In this document: positions 1-10,888 of the stretch, one piece after another
Layout: the number at the start of each line of letters is the position of its first letter
Position numbering within the stretch: position 1 is the stretch's first letter
Assembly: GCA_008632985.1 (NCBI GenBank)
Contig: QPGO01000179.1
Location: 124,001 to 153,007, forward strand
DNA from: Psammoneis japonica
Taxonomy: Eukaryota
Direction: 5' to 3'
DNA length: 29,007 nucleotides
The notes under the pieces: model-generated
What the model was told of the DNA's origin: nothing
What the model saw: only the letters and a program-made list of their open reading frames with translations
The model's database searches: none
Program-made: the position numbers and the translations under genes

Positions 1-869
1 GCTGCTCCGAATCGCCAATTTCACGAGCACAATTGCGCTGTGGTTCTGATTGACTTCAAATGAAATTTTCTGCATGAGCTCGCAAACAAATTTTCTCTCT
101 TCTCGACAACACTCTTTGCGTTGTCACAAAGTTGACAATGCAGTGAACAAGCCATGACAACGACTGTGATTACAGTGCAAGATCTGGCTTGAGATGACTT
201 GACAAATGTTGTGGGAGAACCAAGAAGAGACCCAATCAGCGCAATCGCTGATCGGGGAACTGACTTCTGATGGCTTCCTGAATGTCTGATGCGTCAGTCA
301 ACACACACACATCAGAGAGGGCACACTTGGTCACAAAGCACATGTGCCTGTCTCATTCAGAACCCGTCCCCCATGAAATGACTTGTTGGTTGACTGTCAA
401 TGACTGTCAACATGACTGATGACTGCTTCAACTCACACACAATTGTTCTTGGAGCAAGCTTGCAGAATTTTGCAAAAAAAACACCGGCGTCTTTGATCTT
501 CCATCAATGCATCAGGATGACAAATTGGTTCGAAAGTCAATGTTTTAGTTGTCAGCCTCAATTGATGAAGAACAAGCACTGCTCAAATTGGGTGCAGTGC
601 ATCTGTGTTCAAAAAGAAGATTGGTGCTGCAATTTTTGTGACACCTGCATTGAAAGAAGATTGACATCATCACAGCTTTTGTTTGAGAGCCATGGCTGTG
701 CATCACAAGGCTGTTCATGCACAGCTGTTGCCAGAGCAGTTGCTTGACACCACAAAAAGGGCATGACAAGAGCCCCCAAGCTGACAGGGAAAGATTTCGG
801 TGAGTGCACCAACCAAATCAAAAATCCTCCACAGCCAAAGGAGACCATGAAGACACTTGCAAGGCTCTG

Positions 870-1205
870 CCCTGGCTCAGCTGTGGCTCCATGTCACAGC
901 TGAGCCAGGGTCAGAGTGAGCCTTAAACTCCCAAATTCTGCTGCAGAAGGACACTGTGAATGCCCCCACCAGCCAAACAACTGCTGTCAAAAGGCGCTGA
1001 CTTTCTTTGGTGGACCCCAGACAACATTTGAAGAAAGCCACCCTGGCTCAGCTGTGGCTCCATGCCACAGCTGAGCCAGGGTCAGGGCGAGCCTTGAATT
1101 CCCAAATTCTGCTGCAGAAGGACACCATGGATGCCCCCACCAACAAAGCAGCTGCTGTCAAAAGGCATTTGGTGCCTTTGGCAGATCCCAGGCAACACTT
1201 TAAAT
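870..1205. repeat. Two ~171-bp tandem direct repeats, each starting with a long hairpin; partial third copy near 1243-1265
   Basis: Units start CCCTGGCTCAGCTGTGGCTCCATG at 870 and 1041 and align over ~160 bp. Copy 2 has a perfect 19-bp inverted repeat (1040-1058 / 1064-1082) with a TCCAT loop. Confidence 0.92.
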
Positions 1206-1518
1206 GAGAAACATGGTTGGGAGTTGAAATGCTGCCCTCACTTGGCTGTGGCTCCATGTCACTTCACACCACTGTTGAAGGGTGAGCCAATGTGTTCCAG
1301 CTGCACGCGAACCGCACATGAACCAAAATGTGCACAAAAACAACATTTGTGCAATTTTTGCGTGGTCTCTGACTTGCAAACAAGCTTTCACCACCAAAAG
1401 CACAGATTTGTTTAAATTTTGGCATTTTTTGTCATTGTTTTGGTGCAGTCAATTTTTTTTTCATTGCAGAGGGCTGGCTGCATGGATGACAACAACAAAC
1501 AAGAGAGCATCGCTCCAA

Positions 1519-1863
1519 GACGCGTTCCAGGTCTAGGTGGGGCCTCGCACTGCTGAACTGTGACATCGACAGTTTTTTGAATCGCGTCGCATGTCGCGCA
1601 CGCACATTTCTACGTGATTTTGGCGAAATTTTGCATCATTTTGTGGTGCAATTGTCAGGCGATCCATTCAACAACTTTTGACATTTTTTTCTTCTGCACC
1701 ATTCTCGAGTGTCTTGAGAACGGCGCAGGGCAGGCGCATTGTCCAAAACTGCAAGTGCAAACAGAGACTCATGTGCTGCAAACTTGGCCGTTCATTTTGT
1801 GTCGAAGACAAACATGTCCATTGACCAGAGTGCAAAAAGTCCCACCTGGGGCTGGAACCCATC
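1519..1863. mobile_element. MITE-like non-autonomous DNA transposon (copy A)
   Basis: Left end GACGCGTTCCAGGTCTAGGTGGG and right end CCCACCTGGGGCTGGAACCCATC form imperfect TIRs. Flanked by a 4-bp duplication CCAA (1515-1518, 1864-1867). No convincing coding content. Confidence 0.75.
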
Positions 1864-1970
1864 CCAAAACCAAATGCAAAAATTGGGAGGACCCACAAAA
1901 GAAGGCACCTGTTTGTGAGACGGCATTCCCCTCCCCTTTGTCACTTCACCTTTTGTGTGCATTCGTCTTC

Positions 1971-2450
1971 TCACACATCCACATTTTGTCCTGTTGTTTC
2001 CACACACACCACAAGAGCCTTCCTTGACCATCCCTGACAAGAAGTCCAGGGCTGCACCATGCTTGACCCAGGCACATCCTCTGCCATGAGGCAGGCAGTG
2101 CAACACTTGGAGGCTGGGCGAGCATTGGGGCAGTCGCAGAAGTGCCAGGTCTTGTTGTCCCATTCCTTGGTGTCGCCAACCTTGCAAGGGGCAGCATCAG
2201 CTTGATCAGAGGCCTTGCAGTGGCACACCAAGGGAGAAGTTTTCTTTTTCTTGGCCAGCAGCTTGGTGTCATTAGAAGGGCTCTCCTTGGAAGGAGGAGC
2301 AGAATGCCTGCATTTGGAGGTGGCAAGCATGGCCATCACTTCTTCCTGCAGGGTGCTGGTGGAAGCCTTGAAAGTGCCACCATCATTGGCAAAGATCTTG
2401 GATGGCATGCTTGAGCATGGAAGAGTTCATGAAGTCATTTGGCAAATGGA
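1971..2450 (-). pseudogene. LTR-retrotransposon gag-like fragment (diatom copia-type)
   Basis: ...HCKASDQADAAPCKVGDTKEWDNKTWHFCDCPN resembles the K-x-W-x-W/F-C gag knuckle region of diatom LTR elements. No pol domains nearby. Confidence 0.55.
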
Positions 2451-2704
2451 CAAACATCTCTTGGAACAAGGCAAAGAATCTTGCAAGGAGCACAATGAGT
2501 GCAGCAAAATGTCACTGCATCCATCGACCAAGATGACACATTTAAAAGATGGACACACACCACACCTTTTTGCTTTGCAGAGATGTGGCAGTTCAGATCT
2601 TGCACATGCAACCACATTCATTGATGTTTGTGTGAAAATGTGCTGTGCATTCTCAGCTCTGAGAGTGTTGCACATTGGCACCATGGCCCCAAAAAGGGAG
2701 CTGA

Positions 2705-3099
2705 GACGCGTTCCAGACGCAGGTGGGAATCCGTGTGACATTGGGCCCACAGAATTCTACGTGCGAGCTCTGCAGCAAAATCACACGGCAATTAAATTGT
2801 CAATGTTCGCCAACAGAAAATGAGGCAATTTTGTGAACGCACAAACTCGCACATGATTGAAGCACATCGTTTTTTACTTGGCCACTTACATTCTTCAGAC
2901 ATTGAAGAATGTAACTGGCGCATTGTTGTTTCTAAAAATTTGGCATGTAAAACGTCTGGGGCTTCGCAAAACAGCGAGTCTGGACAATTTTTTTTAATGT
3001 CACACGCAGAAATCTACGTGTGAAACACACGATGGATGACAAAAATTATTTGTGTCACACGTCAGCACTGCGAGCTCCCACCTGGGGCTGGAACGTGTC
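2705..3099. mobile_element. MITE-like non-autonomous DNA transposon (copy B, same TIR family as A)
   Basis: Left GACGCGTTCCAGACGCAGGTGGGA, right TCCCACCTGGGGCTGGAACGTGTC. 4-bp duplication CTGA (2701-2704, 3100-3103). TCTACGTG motif near both ends, also present in copy A at ~1609. Confidence 0.8.
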
Positions 3100-3129
3100 C
3101 TGATTGCGTGTTGAGCTAAGACCCACAAT

Positions 3130-4024
3130 GCTGGAGAGAAGGGACAATCACTGTGACAATCATTTGGTTTGATGGTCAGCAGACTTGATCTGTTGATGCT
3201 GCCTGAACAAAGGGAAAAGATTCTCTCCACAATGCATGGAGGATTTCTGGGAAGGACAGCAAGGTGATCACCAACTTCACACTGGACTCCTGTTTCATCA
3301 AGATTGAAAGTGCAAAGATGAATGTTGGGCAATCATGCCCAACAGCCACTTGGCTTTCAGCAGATTCCAATTTGACACAGCGACAACTTGGAGGCAAAGG
3401 ACGAAACTGACTGTCTTGTGCATTCCTGGTGCAAGAGCAAGCTTGAGCAACGGCTTGGGTGGATCAAAAGTGAAGATGCCCCACCACCTTCTTTTCTGAA
3501 GAGCTTTGGCAATGGTTTCTTGAGCCACTTCTCTGGCTCACTCCCTGTCCACACAACTCAGAATGCTGGTCATTGCCCAATCTTGCCCCAATCATTCTGC
3601 TTCCTCCCACTTCTTCCAGTCTCTTATCCAGCCATTTCGTGGCTTGACAAAAGTGGTCACCAACAGCACACATTGACGAGCCAAGTCCAAACATGCCAAA
3701 GTGAAACTCCTTGCACTTGTCATCCTTGCAGTCTTCCAATTGGTCCCAGAGCTGCTCCACAGTCTCTGGGAACTCACCTTTTCCAAACACACAGGTGACA
3801 AATGTTGTTCCAAGCAATTCAGCAACACTCTTCATGAGCTTGTCAGGATGCATGGCATTGCCAGCTGTGAGGCAAACTTGTGCCTCAGGCAACAACTTGG
3901 CTTGTCCAAAAAATCCATGCAACTCAAGCTTGATCTCCTTGGCTGCTTGAGCAGCCGCTCTCCTGCTCTGGGTTCCATGCACAGCACAAACAGCATTGTG
4001 ACTGTCCTCATTTTCAACTTTCAC
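3130..4024 (-). pseudogene. Diflavin reductase fragment (flavodoxin + start of FAD-binding domain; NOS/CPR/sulfite-reductase-like), frameshifted and truncated
   Basis: Flavodoxin motifs VHGTQS, TCVFGKGEFP, FGMFGLGSSMC, LDKRLEEVGGSR..G..LGNDQ. FAD-domain motif HLCTFNLDETGVQCEVGDHLAVLPRNP lies in another frame. No NADPH-binding domain visible. Confidence 0.85.
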
Positions 4025-4174
4025 ACAACAAGAGCCTTGAGCACAACAGGTGGCTTTGTTGGTTGTGGGAAGCCAGGCTTCTTCAAAAAGTTCTCACACA
4101 GCAGCTTGATGGCTTGACTCTTGTGTTGCTTTTGCACCGCCACTCTTTTGTCCAAGGAATGGATGCTGTCATTG

Positions 4175-4226
4175 CATTTGGGAAGAACATCTTCATCTCT
4201 CATTTGGGAAGAACATCTTCATCTCT
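4175..4226. repeat. Perfect 26-bp tandem duplication
   Basis: CATTTGGGAAGAACATCTTCATCTCT at 4175-4200 and 4201-4226. Confidence 0.97.
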
Positions 4227-5808
4227 GCTCTGAATCAACCCTTCTGTGAAATGGCAGTTCTTAATTCCTTCTTCAAGTTGGGCCAGAAAGTTGCATTTGG
4301 TGGGTGACTGCTGTGCTCAATGCTGCCTTGCCAGCCTGCTGCTTTGGCGGCCCCAACAAGTCTGCCTTCAGAACAATTTCCGGGCTTGCCACCGAACATC
4401 TCAGAAATGGTGGGATTGATGCAGTGACAAACGGCCAAGAAAGCAGCACAACCACACATGCCACATCACAACTCAAGATTGTTCATTGTTCATTCAACAG
4501 CATCACAACAGATTTGTGACTTCAACATCATCTTGTGTGTTGAACAAAACAAGTGTTTTCATTTCATTGTGGGCAATGATGTTGTGCCTTGCACTGAACA
4601 GTTTCATCTTGTGTGTGCCCCTCAAGAAGTGCTCCTTTCTCCCCTGCATCATTTCACTTTCCACCAAATCTGCACACAAGCCATTCATTCATTTGTCACT
4701 CAGAGCATCAACTTGCAGACACACTGCCTTGTCATTTAAAGATGAGAAATGAACACTGTGTCTCCATTGTTGTGACCAAGCATGTCATCAACAGCTTGGA
4801 TGATTGAGGTTGCAGCCACCTCCATCTGCTCTTGAGTGGATTCATTGTTTTTGAATGTGATCCAACAACGATGACAGTGTGCTCTTGCCGATGAGATTCA
4901 AATGCTGCACAGATGATGATGCAACAAGAGTCTTTGTCATCCTGTTGAATTCCGACTTGACCCAACACAACACACATGCCTTCAAAACGATCATCCCCTG
5001 GAGAATGGTTTGCATCCAAAAGTCAAATGGCAGGCGGTGCAGCAGTCATCTTTTTCTGATGATGGTGTGGTTGATGTCTCTTGTCATCTTGTGAGAATGA
5101 GTCGTTTGGCTGCATCATCATTTGTTTGATCAGTGTCTGTGTTGAGTTGATCAATGCACACATGCATGAAACCTCCTCAAGGTTTTGATTCAATGCCAAA
5201 TGGATGAAACACTGTTGCCCATTGCCCCAAGATTTGTTTGTGCATGAATGACTGTCCGAGACACCAGTGCTGTGTCAGGATTTGTGGGGCTCCACCTGGG
5301 ATGCCAGTCCCATCTGCAGAGTGTGCTGCTGACAATCAGTGCAAGGCACTGAAAGCCAGCAAAACAGCAATGAGTTGTCTTGCTGACTTCTGCTCAGTTG
5401 AAATTGTGAGCCAAAACTGGTCTAAAAGTGATTTTCTTGTTTTGTGATCCAAGAGATCTCGGATGATGCCACATCAGAAAATGGACATTCTTTGAATGCC
5501 GCTCATGTAGAATGTGCACTGAGGGCAGGTCATGGTGGAGGTTTGACACTTGCATTGAAACTTTCTGATGTCTGACAGCCGTGTGGAAATTCCAAGATGA
5601 TTGGATGTCTTTGAATGTCCACAGTCTTTCTAAAATGTCACAGGATTCTATGTCCAAATGTCTGAGGGGAAGCCAAAATTTCAAAAAGCAATCTTGGGAC
5701 TGCTGGATGAATGCCTCCAATGGTTTGATGGCAATTGTTGTTGCAAAATGCTTGTTGTGGATCTTGAAGCTCTCTTGCAGGTTCGCTCTTTGTTTCTGAA
5801 GTGATGGT

Positions 5809-6017
5809 CCTGCACACTTTGTGCCGGCACTTGGCATTGCTGTTGTTGTCATTGTTTTTGTTTCGTTGCGTTGCGTTGTCATTGCATTGCACCAGCTGCT
5901 TTTGCCTGAAAGATCGCCTGCGCACTTTGTGCCGGCACTTGGCAATGCTGTTGTTGTCATTTTTTTGTTTTGTTGCATTGCGCTGTCATTGCGTTGTGCC
6001 AGTTGCTTTTGCCTGAA
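5809..6017. repeat. Two ~108-bp tandem direct repeats
   Basis: CCTGC(A/G)CACTTTGTGCCGGCACTTGGCA... starts at 5809 and 5917. Both copies end GCTTTTGCCTGAA. Confidence 0.92.
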
Positions 6018-6537
6018 CGATTGTGTCTTTGCGGCAGCATCATTGACATGGTCATTGACGACGTGTTCTGTGGGATGCGCAAGAAAATCAGTGAAACTGC
6101 TTCGATGAACGTCACAGAAAACAGAAACAACAACAGCGGCGGTGAACGGCATTGGCACGACTTGGCAGCTTTCATCCTGAAGCTCTGTTTGCAACATTTC
6201 TTTGTGGCGTCTCCATTGCATTTTTGCATTGAAAGTTGCATCCACAGGTGTTCAGGCTGTGCGACAGTTGACAAACTGATCATGGGCATCTTTCGTTGTG
6301 TTTGAAACCCTGAAAGATCCATTTGAGGCATCTCCTTTGGTGATCAAACAACCAGGTCTTTTTGGTGCACCTTGGGAAACCAAAAGAGCAACTGCGATGA
6401 GTGTGGGAGAAGAAGGAATGTGTTGCAAATGGTTGGGACACAAGTGTGCGCATTTGCAGAGTCTTCCTTACAAAGACAAGGATTTGAAAAAAAGGCACTG
6501 GAGAGAGGAGTGACTTTGCAACAACTGAAGCGGCTGC

Positions 6538-8813
6538 TTGTGTTGTGCAACTGACAAAGCAGAAAAGGTGTGGAAAGAAGCTTGCAAACCTTTTGAGAAA
6601 GAGCTTGATGTGAAAGGGGTTGCAGAACATTTGTTGCAGGTGGAGAAAGAGAAAGGCAAAAGCGACAGAGGCAACATTTCTGATGGACAAGGCTGGAAAG
6701 CGGAGGACTGCACGAAGGCAGATGCCAAAGGTGTGTCAAATTGCCAGGCATCAAGAACATGACCAAACGTCATGCAGAAGCAATGTGCACCATGAAAACG
6801 ATTCTTCGGGCTTGGGTGCAAGCTTTGGGAGACAAGTGGACAGATGTTCCATTTTCTTCTGACAAGAAATGCAATGAAGTGTTCTCTTCTTCTCTGTGTG
6901 AGATGTTTGACATGCCCATGCATGATGAGGAGGGAGAAGCGACCAATGTCTTCAAGCATTTGACACTTGCAATGACTTGCATTGAAGAGAGAGATGGGGT
7001 GGAACCTGTGTTGTTTGGCGCGCATGTGGATTCAATGAACTGTTGAGCCGTGGATTGCAATGCCTTCTTTTGTGTGTGCTTCCATTGAAGCCAAGCGATG
7101 GATGCTGGTGTCGCATTTCATTCATTGCGCACAGTTGAAAAGCATGCAAAGATTGTTTCAGACGCAAGAACTTGCAAGCTGAACTAAAAAAATTCATTGT
7201 GGATTGCCACACTTGTTCATCAAATGAAAGAAAAGCTGGGTTGACAGTGTCGGGTGTTCCAGATTGTGGTGAAGGCAGGAAGGAATCATTGCCTGGCTTC
7301 AACAAGGCAAAAGTCTATGCCGGGTTTTTGACAGGTGTGCTCACCAATCAGGGTCTGTGTTTTGTTGCATGCTGTTCAATGATCTGATTGTTTGTCACAT
7401 TTCTCTTTGCAAAGGGATCTGCCGCATCATGCAAAAGAGGAGCAATGCCAATGATCCCCTGTCCATGGCCAGAGCATGTGAGCTGCTTTCGCCTCTGGGA
7501 CTCATGAACACTTGCTCTCAGCACTGTGAGCAAATGAAGGAATGGGAGAAGTTTGGGAAGCTTTGCGATGGTTGTTGGGTTGAGGCTCTCTTGGAAGACA
7601 TGACAGAGCAATTTGAAACAGGGATTGCGGGAGGTTCCAGGCCAAGAGCAACCAATTGGTTGTCAGCATCTTTCACCCAAGAGCAGATGGTGGAAGCAAA
7701 ACAAACCATCAGAGAGACCACAGTTGGTTGCAACAATGGTGAGGAAACTCCCGAAAGTGCTGCAAAAAAGTTGTCTGGCATTTTTCAAGCAGGATGGCTT
7801 GGGGCTCAGCACATTCTTGTGGGAGCCACACTAATTGGATTGGCGCACGATGTTCGTTTTTGTGCATCTGCCTTTGTGTGCAAGAAAACGGAGACTTGGA
7901 ATTGTCTCGTGAAGGAGTGTGAATTGGGAGCAGCAACTGTTGATGCATTGCATGCAGAAGTTGCCAAGGAACTGGGCGTGACGATGACGTCATTGAGAAC
8001 ATTGTGTGCGAAGCTTTCAGAGAGATCGCAGACCCTTCTGAATGTGTGGATGTTAAAAAATGTGAAGCGGGAGCAAGTGCATGTGTAAAAGCCAATGGAA
8101 AGGTTCGTCGTCCGGATGTTTGTTTCCTGGACATGGTCGTTGTTGACACCAAAGATGACAGAAGGCAGGCGCTGTAGAAAGAATTTGGAGATGGTGACAA
8201 ATTCATTGCCAAGACAGCATGGCATGATGTTCCGGCATTGGCTGAAAACAATGAAGCAGAGACTCCTTGGATCAACTCAAGTTTTGTCATTCCCTGTCCA
8301 AGCAAAGAGATCAAAGCCACTTGGAAGACAAAGTTGGTGTCTGAAAGGAAGAAGCGGAGTGCCAAGCCAGTGCCAAAGAAAAGAAAGTGTTTGCCTCATT
8401 CCAGGTTTGGCCACATTGTGGGATTGGATGAAGCTCTTGATGCTGCCCATGCAAAGAAAGTTAAAAAGGCACAAGCGCATGATGCAGAGCAACATGATCC
8501 AAAAAGAGAGTTCAACAAGATGGCAAATGAGAAATTCCAGATTAAGAGCTTCTCCAGTTGGATGACACAAAATCGCAATGTGTTGGATTGCACATTGACT
8601 GTGGCAGCTTCTTGGCAAGATGGAGCCTGTCAATGTTTTGATGCCTTCACTGCATGTCGTGCCATGTCACTGCCTGACAAGAAGAAGATGCTGGGTGAAA
8701 GGAAGATTGTGTCGTGTGCAACCACTGGATCATCCGGAGCTTTTGGCGACACTCTGTGCACTGTCAAGTTCAATTGTCCCACACTCCAGTGTGTTTGTCC
8801 CGGAAAGATGTGA
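6538..8813 (+). pseudogene. Compact TET/JBP-like dioxygenase module + helical ENxxC domain (paralog 1), several frameshifts/stops
   Basis: FGAHVDSMNC (His codon at 7023). After a frameshift, DGCWCRISFIAHS*K (7112-7141; reads RISFIAYSRK if reverted, cf. TET2 RISLVFYQHK). Then IFQAGWLGAQHIL, VIENIVCEAFR (~7990-8021) and DVCFLDM. True start uncertain. Confidence 0.55.
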
Positions 8814-9544
8814 AAGTGGTTTTGCAATGTGGGCTTGCAAAAGGTTTTGATCAAGATGGGTTGCACTGGCATCGCAGCAAAGCAGATGCTGAGAAGGCTT
8901 CATTTTGTAGAATCCTTGTAGAGCATGCTGCGTCATTGGCGCATGATGATGCAGAACCCAGTTGGGCCATGAAGAAGCTCCCGTCAAGTGAAAAAGGCAG
9001 CCTCTGTGAATGTCACTGTGTGTTGAACGAGCATGGCAAGCAAGATTGTTTGTCGGGCTCATTGTGGGGTGTCCTGTTCTTTAGAATGGACATGAGAGTC
9101 CTTTCAATTCCCACCAACAAGCATGACATGTCGGAGCCATGGGACAGTTGCTGTTTGTTGGGTCAAAGAACTTGGCTCAGTGACTCCATCGTGCCACACA
9201 GCACCACACGCAAAAGTCGTTGCCTTCTCCATTCCATTGGAGAACCTTCTCTCTTGTTCTGCCACTTTTGGGAAAAGTCCTGATGTGAAGGGCAGACGAG
9301 GTTGCTCTTGTCTCCAACAATTGCTGGAAACTGTCGTGGTGGCTGACTGCAGCGGCGCCTTGGCAATTTTTCCTGCAAGACAGCCTGCGAGAGCCAAGGA
9401 GGTGCTCCCCGGCAAGACTGAGAGGGTGCCTCCAAGGAAGGGGGCGCAACTCCATGTGCTGCGGCCTGAATTGCCAGTGTCAAACAAATTGATCTGGAAA
9501 CGAAATTGTGTGTTGCAAGTCAAGCCGACACGGATGAGTCTGAA

Positions 9545-10413
9545 AAGTTGGACCCTTTGATGTGATTGCGGGGTGCAACGGGGTCAACTCAATTGTGCAA
9601 GACTCGATTGACAGCAAGGCCTTTCAGCAAAACATCACATTGCTGCCAGGACAATTCAAAGTTTCCGCCAATGCTGAATCCAACCTCTGCATCCTTGTTG
9701 TTGCCAAAAAAGGGTGGAGTCACTGCCTTTGTGGAGCCAACTCGAAATGGAGGAGGTTGCATCTTGTTTGCTGGCAGACAAGAGGATGATCCGATGTTCA
9801 CCAAGAACCCTCAAGAACTGGACATCATTGAGCGATGCCAGTTGCTTGATGGCATTGACGTTGACAAAGTGACCAGTCAGCCATCTAGACAAGAAGCATC
9901 TTGAGCATCATCAGTGCGGTGCAATGCCTGCCGCTGCAAGAACCTGGCACTCTGTGGAGATGCAGCCCATGCTGCAGGCGGCGTTTCTGGGCAAGGCATC
10001 AATTTGGCTCTTGCCGATGCGTCTGCCTTGGCTGCATGCATTGACCCCTTTAAGTTGCAACATGGACAAGGATCCATGGGCAAGGATGCAATTGTGCAAG
10101 AAGCTCTCTTGGTGCATTCTCAGCCCCAAGTTCCATCAGGCAAGGCACTGTGTGTGACTCATTCTTTGGCAATGGAAGCAGCACTTTTGTTGGAAAACGG
10201 ACTCGCTCTGCGCTTGCCACCGTTCAAGATGCCATTTTCCAAGGCAAGCCAAGCATTGGGCGCATGCCTCTGCAAACACTCTTGGCATCTTTGTTGACAA
10301 TGTTTGCCGACATGCAACGTGATCGTGACAGAGACTTTGACACTACATTCCCAACTGCGGAGGAATGGAGTGAGTGCTTGGCAGATTCATGTGGGCAGTC
10401 CAGCACGCATTGA
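9545..10413 (+). pseudogene. FAD-dependent monooxygenase fragment (DG and GD motifs), N-terminus missing, frameshifted
   Basis: GPFDVIAGCNGVNSIV (DG motif) and LALCGDAAHAAGGVSGQGINLALADA (GD motif). No GxGxxG Rossmann start found upstream. Confidence 0.85.
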
Positions 10414-10888
10414 TTGCATTGCTGTGCTTTGCCAGCTGAGGGGTGCAATCCCCGAATGTCTTGGACAATTGTGAGTTGGCAAAGGTGCTGGATGACTCCA
10501 TGTCGGGTTCTTGACCGGCCGAATTTGTCGTCTCTGGCACTCAACTTGTGCTGATGAAGTTCAAACGAGATTCTAACCGAGGACTCACCGTAATCAAGAA
10601 GAGGAGTCACATTCTCTAGACCACAGTGCAGCCACCTCGGTGGACCACATGAGCTCATTTTGTGCACAGAACATCAGATGTTGAACTCTGAACAATGCGG
10701 CACAAGCTCTTGACACTCTTTAACACAAAAAAGGTCTGCGAACTGTGCTGTCGACCTGCGCCTTCTGCCACTAGAGAGAGTTGCTAAATCCACCGCAGTC
10801 TTGTGCTGTGACAACAGGGAGGTGCAGCAGACCGAAATGCACGCCTGTGCAAGAAAAGATGAAAACTCCTTGATGACTTTGTCGTAAA

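Noticed and set aside
1..400. Possible LTR end with a small hairpin (ATCAGCG-CAAT-CGCTGAT, ~235-252)
   Set aside because: No second LTR, PBS or PPT could be identified in the window.
870..1265. CRISPR-like array of palindromic repeats
   Set aside because: The intervening sequences are themselves repeated rather than unique spacers, there are only 2-3 units, and there are no cas genes.
3130..4024. Nitric oxide synthase gene
   Set aside because: The FGLGSSM motif is NOS-like, but no oxygenase or calmodulin-binding domain is recognisable upstream, so only a diflavin reductase fragment is supported.
5394..6245. 283-aa minus-strand ORF as a real gene
   Set aside because: It runs through the 108-bp tandem repeat, has no recognisable motif, and long ORFs are expected by chance here.
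10341..10775. CACTA pentamers at ~10341 and ~10769 as transposon termini
   Set aside because: No matching inverted partner or TSD was found, and the first lies inside the monooxygenase reading frame.
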